Shown here in pieces: positions 44,130-57,649 of a DNA stretch of 64,000 nt. The stretch is taken from positions 12,400,001-12,464,000 of the forward strand of contig OZ024758.1 in assembly GCA_964016885.1 (NCBI GenBank). The letters run 5' to 3'. The translations under genes were made by a program, and so were the position numbers. Each line of letters begins with the position of its first letter. Position 1 is the stretch's first letter. Below the pieces are notes generated by a model. It saw only the letters and a program-made list of their open reading frames with translations. It was not told the origin of the DNA and did no database searches. Source of the stretch: Eledone cirrhosa. Its lineage: Eukaryota.

Positions 44130-45222
44130 AGACAGACACAAACATATATATGTATGTGTTAGCTGTGTGTGTATATATATATATATAAATATAAATACAT
44201 ATATAATATATAAATGCACATATACACATATAATACGGACACACAAACATACATATGTATGTGTTAGCTGTATATAAAGAGTTTTAAGGTTCTGATGTAT
44301 AAAAGCATAGATGTCCTTACCTATTAATAATGTTTGTTATGAAGATAAAACAGTTCCACCATTCTTACCTCCTTACTTGATTCTTGAAGAACAGAACCAA
44401 GGGAGACAATAAACCAGAAATCTGGCTGGGAAGGGAATTTCAATTAGAAAAAGAATATAGCTAAGCTTTTTTTTCACTTTTTTTTGTAATTTTTATGTAT
44501 TTCATTTTCTTATTTAAACGAAAAAAATATTTATTAATATATATATATTCTTTTTCATCCTTGTGAGTTTTTCTTTACAATACTTGAACATGTCTTTTTT
44601 TATTCTTTAAATATTACTATTATAGTGTTTTTGTTGTAGTTTTTTTTTCTGCTAAGACAGTCTTTTCATCATCATCATCATTGTCACCAATATCACCATC
44701 ATCATCATCATCATCATCATCACAGGCAAAAAAAAGTTAAACATCGTTTCAATTAAAACACCAGTTTGATTCACTTATTCAAGTTGTTTAACTTTAAAAT
44801 TAATATTGTTTGTTATTTGTTTGTTGTTGTTGTGTTGTTGTTGTTGTTTCATATATTTGTTGATTGACAACAGAGGTTGTTTTTATGTGTTGTTGTTGTT
44901 GTTATTCAGGAAAGTTTTGAAACTTGATTTAAACCGAACGAGGACGTCCCTTCCACCGCCACCAACATAAACATCACTGAAAGGCATTTTTTTTTTTTTT
45001 CCAAAAAAGATATCTTTGCATCTGTTAATTCATTTTTACATCAATTTTTTTTTTGTGCTTTTTTTGTTTTAGTTGCTTTGTGTTTGTTTTGTTTTGTTTT
45101 GTTGTTGTTTTCTTTGTTTTATTTAAACGTTTCTCATATTTCTCTTCCTCCTTAGTTTCGTTTCATTTTCTTTATCTCGTTCTTCTGTCGAAACACACAA
45201 CCCACATCCAAAGACAGGCTGC

Positions 45223-45487
45223 TCACACTTGTCTCTGTTGTTGCTGTTGTTGTTGCTGCTGCTGCTGTGGTAAGCCAGCCGTCTCTGGATGTATCTGCAG
45301 GAGTGGACCAACAGGTACAGGAACATCAGCTAACATTGCTGCCGCTTCACCTTCCGCAAGTGGCTGCTGTCCCTGCTGCTGCTGCCCTGGTACATATGTC
45401 ATGCTTGATGGTGAAGTTCCACTACTGCTGCTGGTAGAGAAGTTCTTCTTAGGTTCATAGTTTACAAGGCGTTGCCCAACCAAGTAT
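45223..45487 (-). CDS. MARCHF6: MARCHF6 last coding exon with Gln-rich tail
   Basis: [15 protein letters not shown]...QQQQQQQQQQQRQV stop. Confidence 0.94.
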
Positions 45488-48400
45488 CTGAAAGTTGATA
45501 ACAAAAACAAAGGTAAAAGTGATAAGTTTCAAACAAACATTAAAGCGAGGGCTGTCATATTTTGGGGGGTTTCCTTTGACCCGGGCTTAGCTTAGCCTGA
45601 CCCATGATGATAATAATCTTAATAAAGATTAACCCTTTAGCATTTAAACCGGCCATATCCAATCAGAATTCTCTCACCTCTTTCTGTTCAAACTGGCCAC
45701 TCATACTGATGTTAAGGTAGTGTTCTCAAAATAAATAATAACAAAATCTCATAGATTCGATATTATATGAGATAAAGCCATTACCACTAAAATATGATAG
45801 TAAATGTTAAAGGGTTAAAGCAAGGGTCGTCATATTTTGGGGGGTTCCTTTTACATGATGCACTCCTCACCTGATAAGTGCCCCACCCTAGATCTACCTC
45901 TCCAATCCCCAGGCACCTCTCCTTCCTCAACCAACACTGTAAAATCATCGTTTCTGGTGTCACGACAAAAAGCACCCAGTCCACACTGTAGAGTGGTCGT
46001 TTTCAGTAACACAACAATTACCTGATTTTCTTGGAGTTATCTCCCATATTTTTGGGGAGTTTATTTACATTTTAACCCCCACCCCACACCCAAGTCTGTC
46101 TCCTAAATTCATTGATAACCTGTGAATCGAACTTTTTGAACTCATCATCCTCTCAGTGTTTTTTATGTCTGCCTTTTACACTTCCTAATGCCAACAATTA
46201 CTTAGTTTCATTCGAACCACTAAGCCGGGAGACATTTTTATGCGGGTCATAAACAAATGTAACCATTTTCACAAGGGGCAACACGTGTCCCCTCTCCCCT
46301 ATGACCCTATCAGGAACTCAGGAATAAGTGGATGAAGAAGAAGGGAAAATATAGTTAAATATGTTTTACTCACTTGTCATTTTTGATGTGTTCATAAAGT
46401 CTTTTGAACTGGCGTGCTTGAAATATGCCGGCTACCGTCATCACAATCATTGCCAGTAGCATTGGGTAGATTCTTCGCAAAACAATATTCTGGACAGTGG
46501 GATTAAAACCTGCAGAAAATGTATGTTTATAGATTTATCAAAAAGTAAAAGATTTCACTAGTAACAAACTGATTTGTTGATAATAGACTTCACTAGTAAC
46601 AAACTGGTTTGTTGAGACAGACTTCACTAGTAACAAACAAACTGGTTTGTTGAGATAGAACTCACTAGTAACAAACTGGTTTGTTGAGATAGAACTCACT
46701 AGTAACAAACTGGTTTGTTGAGATAGAACTCACTAGTAACAAACTGGTTTGTTGAGATAGAACTCACTAGTAACAAACTGGTTTGTTGAGATAGACTTCA
46801 CTAGTAACAAACTGGTTTGTTGAGACAGACTTCACTAGTAACAAACAAACTGGTTTGTTGAGATAGAACTCACTAGTAACAAACTGGTTTGTTGAGATAG
46901 AACTCACTAGTAACAAACTGGTTTGTTGAGATAGAACTCACTAGTAACAAACTGGTTTGTTGAGATAGAACTCACTAGTAACAAACTGGTTTGTTGAGAT
47001 AGACTTCACTAGTAACAAACAAACTGGTTTGTTGAGATAGACTTCACTAGTAACAAACAAACTGGTTTGTTGAGATGGAACTCACTAGTAACAAACTGGT
47101 TTGTTGAGATAGACTTCACTAGTAACAAACAAACTGGTTTGTTGAGATGGAACTCACTAGTAACAAACTGGTTTGTTGAGATAGAACTCACTAGTAACAA
47201 ACTGGTTTGTTGAGATAGAACTCACTAGTAACAAACTGGTTTGTTGAGATAGAACTCACTAGTAACAAACTGGTTTGTTGAGATAGACTTCACTAGTAAC
47301 AAACTGGTTTGTTGAGACAGACTTCACTAGTAACAAACAAACTGGTTTGTTGAGATAGAACTCACTAGTAACAAACTGGTTTGTTGAGATAGAACTCACT
47401 AGTAACAAACTGGTTTGTTGAGATAGAACTCACTAGTAACAAACTGGTTTGTTGAGATAGAACTCACTAGTAACAAACTGGTTTGTTGAGATAGACTTCA
47501 CTAGTAACAAACAAACTGGTTTGTTGAGATAGACTTCACTAGTAACAAACTGGTTTGTTGAGATAGAACTCACTAGTAACAAACTGGTTTGTTGAGATAG
47601 AACTCACTAGTAACAAACTGGTTTGTTGAGATAGAACTCACTAGTAACAAACTGGTTTGTTGAGATAGACTTCACTAGTAACAAACAAACTGGTTTGTTG
47701 AGATGGAACTCACTAGTAACAAACTGGTTTGTTGAGATAGACTTCACTAGTAACAAACAAACTGGTTTGTTGAGATGGAACTCACTAGTAACAAACTGGT
47801 TTGTTGAGATAGACTTCACTAGTAACAAACAAAAGGTTTGTTGAGATAGACTTCACTAGTAACAAACAAACTGGTTTGTTGAGATGGACTATAAATATGG
47901 ACGATGACAGAAGCATGATAAATGGTGGACTCAATATAAAGAAATTAAAGAGAATCCTGCCAGATATTTACACCTTTTAAGTCCACACTCTGGAGGCATG
48001 GTAAGTGTGTTGGACTTGTCATGGATTCAATTCCTCGACTGGGTTGTGTGTTGCCTTCTTGAGCAAAACACTCTTCATTTCAAGTTGCTCCAGTATACTC
48101 AGCTGAAAATGAGTACCAGCAACAATAGCTGGGGGTTTAACCCAGCTATGAACTGGCATCCTGTCCAGGGGGAAGTCTTGTAATCTCAGTCCGCTTCATG
48201 CCACAGAAACCAGGATAAGCATCAGCTTCATGAGCCTCAGGGCTCGAGACAGACTTTAGACTTTTAATATAATGTACAGAGAAAGAAACACAGAAGAGAG
48301 ATTGTATATGATGTCTGAATATTTAGAGTATTTTCTTACCTAGAGCAGGAACAATAGTTTTTCCAATAACATAAGGAACAGCCAGAGCCATACCTAATGT

Positions 48401-51400
48401 TGCTATAACAGGGGCACAAAGCTTAAAGAGAATAAACCGGACATTCATGTTACGGAAACCATCATTGTAAACCTACAAACAAATATAAAAACAATATTTA
48501 TTGATTGCCATCTGCAGGGAGAGTTATATTATTAAATAGGGGGCTAGACACAACTGGAGGAGTAAAAACAGAAAGTGAACACAATAGATAGTAATAATAG
48601 TTTCTGATTTAGATACAAGGCCAACAATTTTAAGGGAAAGTTGATTAAATCAACCCCAGTGTATTACTGGTGCGTTATTTTATCGACCAATTCTTAAACA
48701 TATTAAGCCATACATACAAAAAGCTGATTCTTGCACTTTAACTCTGAAGTTCTATTGAAATATTTTTAACCCATTTCAAGAATATGAGATGTCTAACATG
48801 ACTTACCTGCTCAATAGCTCGTTTTAACCACCAATGAGGACCCATCATTGTAATGGCGCACACTATTTTGGCATGGAGAACTCCAAGAGCCCAATCCTAA
48901 AACAGAAATAACTTTGCATTAAAATAGAAAATAAAATACACACAAGTATTATATGATTGTACAAGTTTCTTTTTTTTATATTTTACCCAATATATTTCAG
49001 GGCTAATACCCTCTTTTCAAATGTTAAACGAAAGTGGTTCAAAACCATTATTTTTTTATGTTTTACATCTATTTTTTAATGTTTGGATGGTTGATTTCTC
49101 TTCAATAACTCTAGCTTAAAAAGTTTCTCTATTAGTTTCATTGTTCATGAGACAAACTCATCTGCAATACAATCATACTAGACCCATTCTTTAGATGGTA
49201 TAAACAGCAATGTAGACAGCTGAAGACATATATAGTGTGATCAAATCAGATCTTCAACTGGTTGGTAATATATGCGTTCAGCGTCTGTGATCACCAGATA
49301 TGGTTGACTTCTGTTTGTGATGTTCTAGATAGGCTGGTTGAAGCAAACTAAAGGGAATGCCAAGTTTACATGAGTTATTTTTTCTAGTTGAAGCAGTTGT
49401 TTTCTTATAGCAGAACTATATTTTGGGAGCTAGGTGGTCCTGTTATGAGGAAGGTCTGGCCAGTTGGCCGTGCCATACCTTGCTCATAACAGGACCATGG
49501 TATGACTAAAGAAAAATATCAAAAGAATATTTACCTGCCAAGGAAAGTAAAGAGGAGTCTGATCAATTGGAACTTTTAATGGAACAACAATAACCAGCTC
49601 AAATAGCATCCCCAACAGTAATGGAATCACCCCCAGCAAAAATGTAGCAATGGTCAAAGATTCTAGAGCCTAAAATGGAAACAATATACAAGAATCAAAT
49701 ACAGATCAATTACAATAGTTATGGACAGTAGCATCACTGTTGGGTTGGTCAAGACAACTTTGGTTTATATTTAATAAGATCTGAATGGTATAAAAGATTT
49801 TCCAAAGAATACTTACCAAAATAGCCCACTCTTTGAGCTTCTTCATGATAACAGCAGTCCCTTGTGGAATCCAGTTATAAAGTACAGTAGCTATTCTCAA
49901 AAGTAACCAACACATATAGAGACCACACGCAGCAGTGTACAGTTCATGAACTTTGGCATCCCCCATCCAGATAGCCATTATTTTACGGCCAATGAAAACT
50001 GAAATAGTCAATGACATATATTTAAATAAAAGAAAAAGAAAAATTTATAAAAAAAACACTTTAAAATACTCTGCTTATTATCACAAAAGTAGATTCAGTT
50101 TCAGGCAGTTTAGAACCAAAAGGGTTAAGAGGAAAATAATTAGATGTTTCCGTGGTAGAATGTACATATTTTCAATGGTAATATTGTTGGAGATTTTGCT
50201 TTTACAACTAGAAGCTAATAGAACTACGGTTGGAGTAACCAAGTTCGAACCCACAGGTATCTAGTCAGTGGTTCAAAGCACTAACTTCACAGCTACTATG
50301 TCTCATGAAAGGAATCAATCAACAACATCCCAGACCTCATTTGTTTACTGAGTGGGGGTGGAACTTATCAAATCGGACTAAGGAAAAACTGCTGAAACTG
50401 TCTACCTGTCACACACCAACAGGGTCGTTAATATTTCAATTCTAGTTACTACAGATACTCTAACGAATGTTACACAGAAAATAGTTATCTACCTGCCACA
50501 CACCAACTGTCTACCTGTCACACCAACAGGGTCGTTAATATTTCTATTCTAGGTTACTGCAGATACCCTAACGAATGTTACACGGAAAATAGTTATCTAC
50601 CTGCCACACACCAACTGTCTACCTGTCACACCAACAGGGTCGTTAATATTTCTATTCTAGGTTACTGCAGATACCCTAACGAATGTTACACGGAAAATAG
50701 TTATCGTGGAGAAACAAAGAAAACTTCTGAAAGTCTTACCTGGAACTACTAACGAGATCAAACTAGCAATAAATAAAGTGATACACATAAAGACAACAAG
50801 GAGGAATACCTGTAAAAGAAATAAAAACATTCATCATCATCATCATCAAATATTACATAATGAAAACATCAGTTAAATAACTGCACATCTGTGAACATGC
50901 AGAAGTAGGTAAATACATGCAACTGCTACATTTAATATTCTTCTTCACCCACTTATACCTGAGAGGGTTGTAGGCACAGAGTCCTCAAACACTCCCTCCA
51001 GCAGGTCAGGTCAGTAGCAACCATCTCCAACTGATCCAGCTGGATCCCCAAGCAAGACCAGCCAAGTTCATGGATGTTATCCAACCATCTTGCTCGGGGT
51101 CTACCCCTGGGCCTCTGTTGGCTGGTTTTGCCCATAAAAATCTGTCCAGTGATTCTTTCTTGAGACATTCTAACCACATGACCATAGTATCGGAGCTGTG
51201 ATCTCTCAATTCTGAGAAGTAATGGCTCTACCTGGAGTGACTCTCTGATCTCCGAGCTATGAATCTATCCAGCAATTCTTTCCTGGGACATTCTAACCAC
51301 ATCCATAATATTGGAGCTGTGATCTCTCAATTCGGAGAAGTAGTGGCTCTACATAGAGTGACTCTCTGATCTCCGGGCTACAAATCTGTCCAGTGATTCT

Positions 51401-53100
51401 TTCCTGAGACATTCTAACCACATGCCAATAGTATCGGAGCTGTGATCTCTCAATTCGGAGAAGTAGTGGCTCTACATAGAGTGACTCTCTGATCTCCGAG
51501 CTACAAATCTGTCCAGTGATTCTTTCCTGAGACATTCTAACCACATGCCAATAGTATCGGAGCTGTGTTCTCTCAATTCTGAGAAGTAGGGGCTCTACAT
51601 CGAGTGACTGTGATCTCTGACAGTGAAATCCTTATGGTTCTGTGGTACAAGTGACCTGAACATCAGCTCAAGGAATGAAGGTTCCTAGGGTTCTGTGGTA
51701 CAAATGACCCAAACATCTGCAAAACTAACTTGATTAAAACCCATCACCTCCCCACCTACGAATCAGGTTAAATTTTGAATATTTTGAATTATGAAAAATA
51801 TAAATTTACATATAACTCTTACCCGTATAGAGAAAAAAGATGATCTTTTATATGCTTGAAAACCAGTTGGCCCTCCACCTTGAAGCATAGCTTGATGAAC
51901 AGCTCCAAGTCCTGCCTGGACTTGAGGAGGTGCTGGTGCAGGAGCTGGTGGAGGTGGTGGTGGTGGTGGAGGAGGAGGAGGAGGGAGCTGGTGTGGTGGG
52001 GGAGCTGCTTGGTTGTTAGCCGCAGGCTGATCAGCTAATCCGTTATTTACTGCTGCTGCTGCTGCTGCCTGAGCAGCAGGATCATTGGCTACTGCTGCTT
52101 CAGCTGCTGCAGGTTCGTTGCCTTCTGCTCCTGGTGCATTGTTGTGTTGGCCATCAACAGCAGCGGCACCGACACCAGCACCACCTCCACCGGCTGCAAC
52201 ACCAACACCGACACCACCAACACCACCAGGCTGATCTCCGTATATAATGTTATCCTGAAATAGAACAGAGGGAACATTCACATTAAAAAATACTTCTTCC
52301 ACAGCTAATTTACATCATCATCATCATCATCATTATACGTCCGCTCTTCCCTGCTTGCAAGGGTGGGACGGGAACTGATTCTGGCTTGATTTCTACAGCT
52401 GGATGCCCTTCCTAACACCAACCTCATTTACAGTGAGTGCTGGGTGCTTTTTTGCCGTGGCACCTCCACGACCACTTTACAGTGGAGTGATAGAGACCCC
52501 AGTCCTATCATCTCATTTCTACAGCTGAGTAAACTGGAGCAATGTGAAATAAAGTGCCTTGCTCAAGGAAACAACACATCACCCGGTCTGAGAATTGAAC
52601 TCACAACCTTTCGATTGCAAGGCCAATGCTCTAACCACTAAGCCATCTGCCTCCATGGAGGACTAAAACCCGTCTTAAAAAAACAGGAAGAATACATTGG
52701 ACAGGATAGTCACAGATACACTAAAATACAGATTATCATCATCATCATCATCGTATAACGTCTATCTTCCACGCTAGCATGGGTTAGACAGGTTTGTCCC
52801 ATTTAGAGGCAAGTTGGGTCGAGTGACCGTGGCTCACTCATATAGGAATGTTTCTGGCTTGTTTTCTATGGCTGGATGCTCTTCCTAACGACAACCACAT
52901 TTTCAGTGGGCGCTGGGTGCTTTTTGTCATGTCTCCTACACAACCACTTTACAGTGTGTGCTGGGTGCTTTTTGTCAGGTCTCCTACACAACCACTTCAC
53001 AGTGTGTGCTGGGTGTTTTTTTGCTGTGACACCTATACAACCACTTTAGAGTGTGGGCTGGATGTTTTGTGGTACCAACATAATATATATAACATGATGA

Positions 53101-53154
<54 letters not shown>

Positions 53155-53685
53155 TTTTGTCATAGGTCAGCTTGATCAGGGCAGGGGGCTAAAAAGACAA
53201 ACACCACAATAACAAAGAAACATGAAAAATTATAATGAAAGACAAAAGAAAATTCCAACGTACCTGTTCAGTCAAAGCAATGTCGCCAATGAGATAGGAC
53301 CTTAGATCAAGTAGCCAGGCCATAGCTATGGTCCAACCTCGGACTACTCCTTTCAACCAAGCCCTAATGTAACCCTGTTCAAGTAAGGCTGGTAGAACAA
53401 CTTGTAACAGGAGAAGCTCTAGAGAAAGCTCACTCATAGCGGCATCACTGTTGAGAACAGCATTGTAAGGTAGGAACTGGGGCATCACCTTTCGAATTAC
53501 TCGAACTGGCAGCCAAAGCATTAAGAGAACAGTACTTCCAAATATAACCTAGAAAGAGAGAGGTGTATATATGTAAATATATATCTATATATATAGTAGT
53601 AGTAGTAATAATAAATACAAAAAACAAAATCTAGAGAGAGCTAAGTGGAGACAAGTTATATGTAACCTCCTCAACAAAGTATACT

Positions 53686-53724
<39 letters not shown>

Positions 53725-53765
53725 TATTTCTGGCAATATTATTACAACAATATGACCCTCCTCAA

Positions 53766-53803
<38 letters not shown>

Positions 53804-56800
53804 TCACCAGCATTTAACGTTCATGTTCCACGCTAGTATGCGCTGGACGAGTTGTCCCGTTGTAAGGCAAGTTAGATTAAGTAATCTTGACATTCTCATA
53901 CAGATATATTTGTGTATATATATATACATTGTTGTTTTATCAATATATATATATATATTAAGTAAGAATATTTTCAAAATAAGATGAATCCTTTTTTTTT
54001 TGTTAATCTTACATTTATCATCATCATCATCATCATTTTACGTCCGCTTTTCCCTGCTTGCAAGGGTGGGACGGGAACTGATACTGGCTTGATTTCTACA
54101 GCTGGATGCCCTTCCTAACACCAACCTCATTTACAGTGAGTGCTGGGTGCTTTTTTGCTATGGTACCTCCACGACCACTTTGCAGTGGAATGATATGGAC
54201 CCCAGTCCCTATCATCTCATTTCTACAGCTGAGTAAACTGGAGCAATGTGAAATAAAGTGTCTTGCTCAAGGAAACAACACATCACCTGGTCCGAGAATT
54301 GAACTCACAACCTTTCGATTGCAAGGCCAATGCTCTAACCACTAAGCCATATGCCTCCATATATATATATATATATATAAGATTAACAAAAAAAAAAAAG
54401 ATTCATCTTATTTTTCTTACATTCAGAAACACCATGGAACAAAACAAATATTAAACCAAACTAATAATTGGTTAAATGTGTGTTGTGTGTGTGAATGTGT
54501 TATGTGTGTGTATGTATGTGTATATGAATGTGTTGTGTGTGTATATGAATGTGTTGTGTGTGTATGTATGTGAATGTGTTGTGTGTTAATTTCTATGCCC
54601 ATGCGAGTGTTTGTATGGCATGTGTGTAAAATGAGGAAATAATTTCTGTCAGTTTTTAAGCCAAGGTTTCAAGAATGAAAGACTCATATTTTCATAACTT
54701 ACTCTTTGATATAATGTTACTGTGTATTTGAAAATGTGAAGTGATCTTTGTACAAACATTGTACAAACATCTGTGAGGTTTTGTAACACTAGACTTCAGA
54801 GCTTCACAGAAAATGGCAAAAGTTTCAAATGATATTTAGGTATAAACATAGACAGTTAGTATTAATGTAAAGACTGATGTGTTCATATGCAGAGATGTAA
54901 TAAAACAGGTTTTAAAATATCTGGGAGATATGGGGTTCAATTCCTTCTAGAAGCCAATGGCAACTTCTTTTACCATCTTTTAAGGGTCTTCCACCCTATT
55001 TTATTGCCTTTCTGCACATGTACACATCATCCTTTACATTAATTCTATATTCTCAACACTTCAAAGTCTGACCTCGCGGCTACGTATATTGTTTATAATA
55101 GTTAGTGTTATTATATTTAATATAGGGAGTAATATAAAGCTTAATAGAAATAATTTGGTGATATAGACATAAAAATATTAATTAATGGCTATTATTATTT
55201 TTTTTATTTTTTTTATTTTTCACTAAGGGGAGACAAGTTATGATATTTTCGAGCCTTGCTCTGACCTCATCAGCTAAGTATACATGCTGAAATAGTGATG
55301 AAAGTAAATGTACACGATAGTATACATTGGTTGACAAAGAATAACTGAATTGTTTAGAGGATAAATCTTTGAGAAATACCATCAATGTCATTGTAAACAA
55401 ATAAGGAAATATATACTTACAACAGAAGCAATAAATCTACGAACATGCCTGTAGACTGGTAAGTGGATCATCTGGAATAAAACATAGAAAACATTATTGC
55501 TGAGTTACACAAACAAATAATATGACAACATATAGTCTATAAGACTAATCTAAAATCTGTCTTAACCCTTTAGCAATCAAACTGGCCATATCCAGTCAGA
55601 ATTCTCTCACCTCTTTCTGTTCAAATCAACTGTAACTGGCCTCTCATACTGATGTTAAGGTATTGTTCTCAAAATAAATATCAAAATCTCGTAGGGTCGA
55701 TATTATGTGAGAAAGCCTTTACCGTGAAAATATAATTGTAAATATAGAGTAATGTAAATGGGTTGGACGGGGTCATAGAAATATATAAAGGGCAGCACCC
55801 CTGCCAGATTTTCAGAATTCTATGTTAGCAGAATAAATATACATGTGTATTGTTGGCAAAAATGTGTAGATTCTGAAGGTTTTTATTTCAACCAATAAAG
55901 TTTATTCTAGACTGAGATATGTAATATTAAAGTTAATGTTTAAAAATCTGCATTTATTTCTGAAGAAGCTGATAAAGGTTATCGTTATGTTAAAGTTGAC
56001 AGTGAAGACAAAAGAAAACCAGAAAAAAAATATATATTACCTCCTGAATTGGGTTAAATTCTGGGTCGTTCAAATTCCTGAGAAACCACAACAACCCAGG
56101 TCTCAACACTTCACGTAATAGTAAAATAAATGAAGCAAAATAAAAGACGTATACCATCCCGACAAGCCAATGAACGAACATTGATGTCCCTGGAGCTAAA
56201 TGGAAGCTGTCTTTTCTGTCTTTTAACGTTGCATCAAACATAGCCTATAACACAAATCAAATTTAACATGTATGAATTGACAATATCCCAGACCTCATAA
56301 ATCAAAACAACATGTATACTAAAATATATGATCCGAATTAACAAGATCCCAGGCCACATTCGCTTACCAAGTGGGGTGGAACTTGTCAGATTGGACCAAT
56401 GAAACAATGTTTCCATTCGTCTTTCCAATTGCTAATACCATCTACCAGTTGCAACTCCTGACAGAATATATATATCGTAATAGTAATGTTTTAAATTCAT
56501 CAAAACCAAACAAATTCCTCAATGTTTTAATTTGAACAAATCATAACTGCAATTTCATATATATATATACATACATACATATATATATATTAAATTTTTA
56601 CTGACATATGATGATTTTAAACTTTTTCTAATAACGGTCTTTAGAAGAGTAACATATGCAAAAAATTCTTTATTAAAACGGTATAGGAACTTACCAAAGA
56701 ACATACATCGAGCCACCAGCCACAAATTAATGGGAACACTCCAATCTCCACAACAACAAGTAGTTTCACTTTAACAACAACATAGCAAAGTCCAATAAGT

Positions 56801-57516
56801 CTCCTGAATCTTGAAAGAAAAAGAGAGAAAGGACAACTTAATAAGAAATGTTTTGAAAACGTAAGGAGAAAGCAAGCTATACTAACATCAATCTTTTGTA
56901 CATATTATAAAGGTCCTTTTTATATATAGTCTTAGTCTTAGTTCCTCCAGTCCCTTGTGGAACATTGGGCGACGAGCTTCCTCCACTTGATCCTGTCACT
57001 GGTGGCCCTTCTAGCACCTCTCCAGGTAATTCCCATCTCCCGCAGGTCCTCCCTGAATGTGCTCCGCCATGTTTTTCGTGGTCTTCCCCGTTCTCTCCTG
57101 CCACATTCTGGTACCCAATCCATGGCAATTTGAGCAGGTCGAACTGCCAGCAAACGAAGGATGTGGCCCGCGAACCGCCGTCTCCTTTTCCGAACAATGT
57201 CCCTTAACCTCTCCAACCCTGACCTCCTCATCACTTCCTCGTTGCTAACTTGGTCTCTCCATTAAATGTTCAATATATACATACACACCAGGTGTGCTTT
57301 TTGAACCCTTTTTATTATCATTTTCCTTATATAACATGATCTGTGTTGAATGTTTTCTAACATCTACACTTTTTCACTATATATATATATATATATATAT
57401 ATTAATTGTATCTATGTATGAATATACAAAAGCAAGCAACTTGGACTTGCCTGAGAATTAACCATCAGTTTCAAATGAACAGAACTCTTCATTTATAGTT
57501 TTTTTCCTAACATATA

Positions 57517-57547
<31 letters not shown>

Positions 57548-57609
57548 TTATTAAAATAACAGATTAAAGTTTAAGCAAGGAATCGCTGCTTTCACCTTAA
57601 CAGGATCTT

Positions 57610-57649
<40 letters not shown>

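Noticed and set aside
45053-45460. Cys-rich + strand ORF
   Set aside because: Antisense of the MARCHF6 poly-Gln last exon.
46555-47890. CRISPR-like array (34-38-bp repeats with dyad symmetry)
   Set aside because: Units are directly adjacent with no unique spacers, there are no cas genes, and it lies in a eukaryotic intron.
55222-55282. Hammerhead-like CTGATGA...GAAA on the - strand in a MARCHF6 intron
   Set aside because: Stems I and III could not be paired convincingly; at best a decayed copy.
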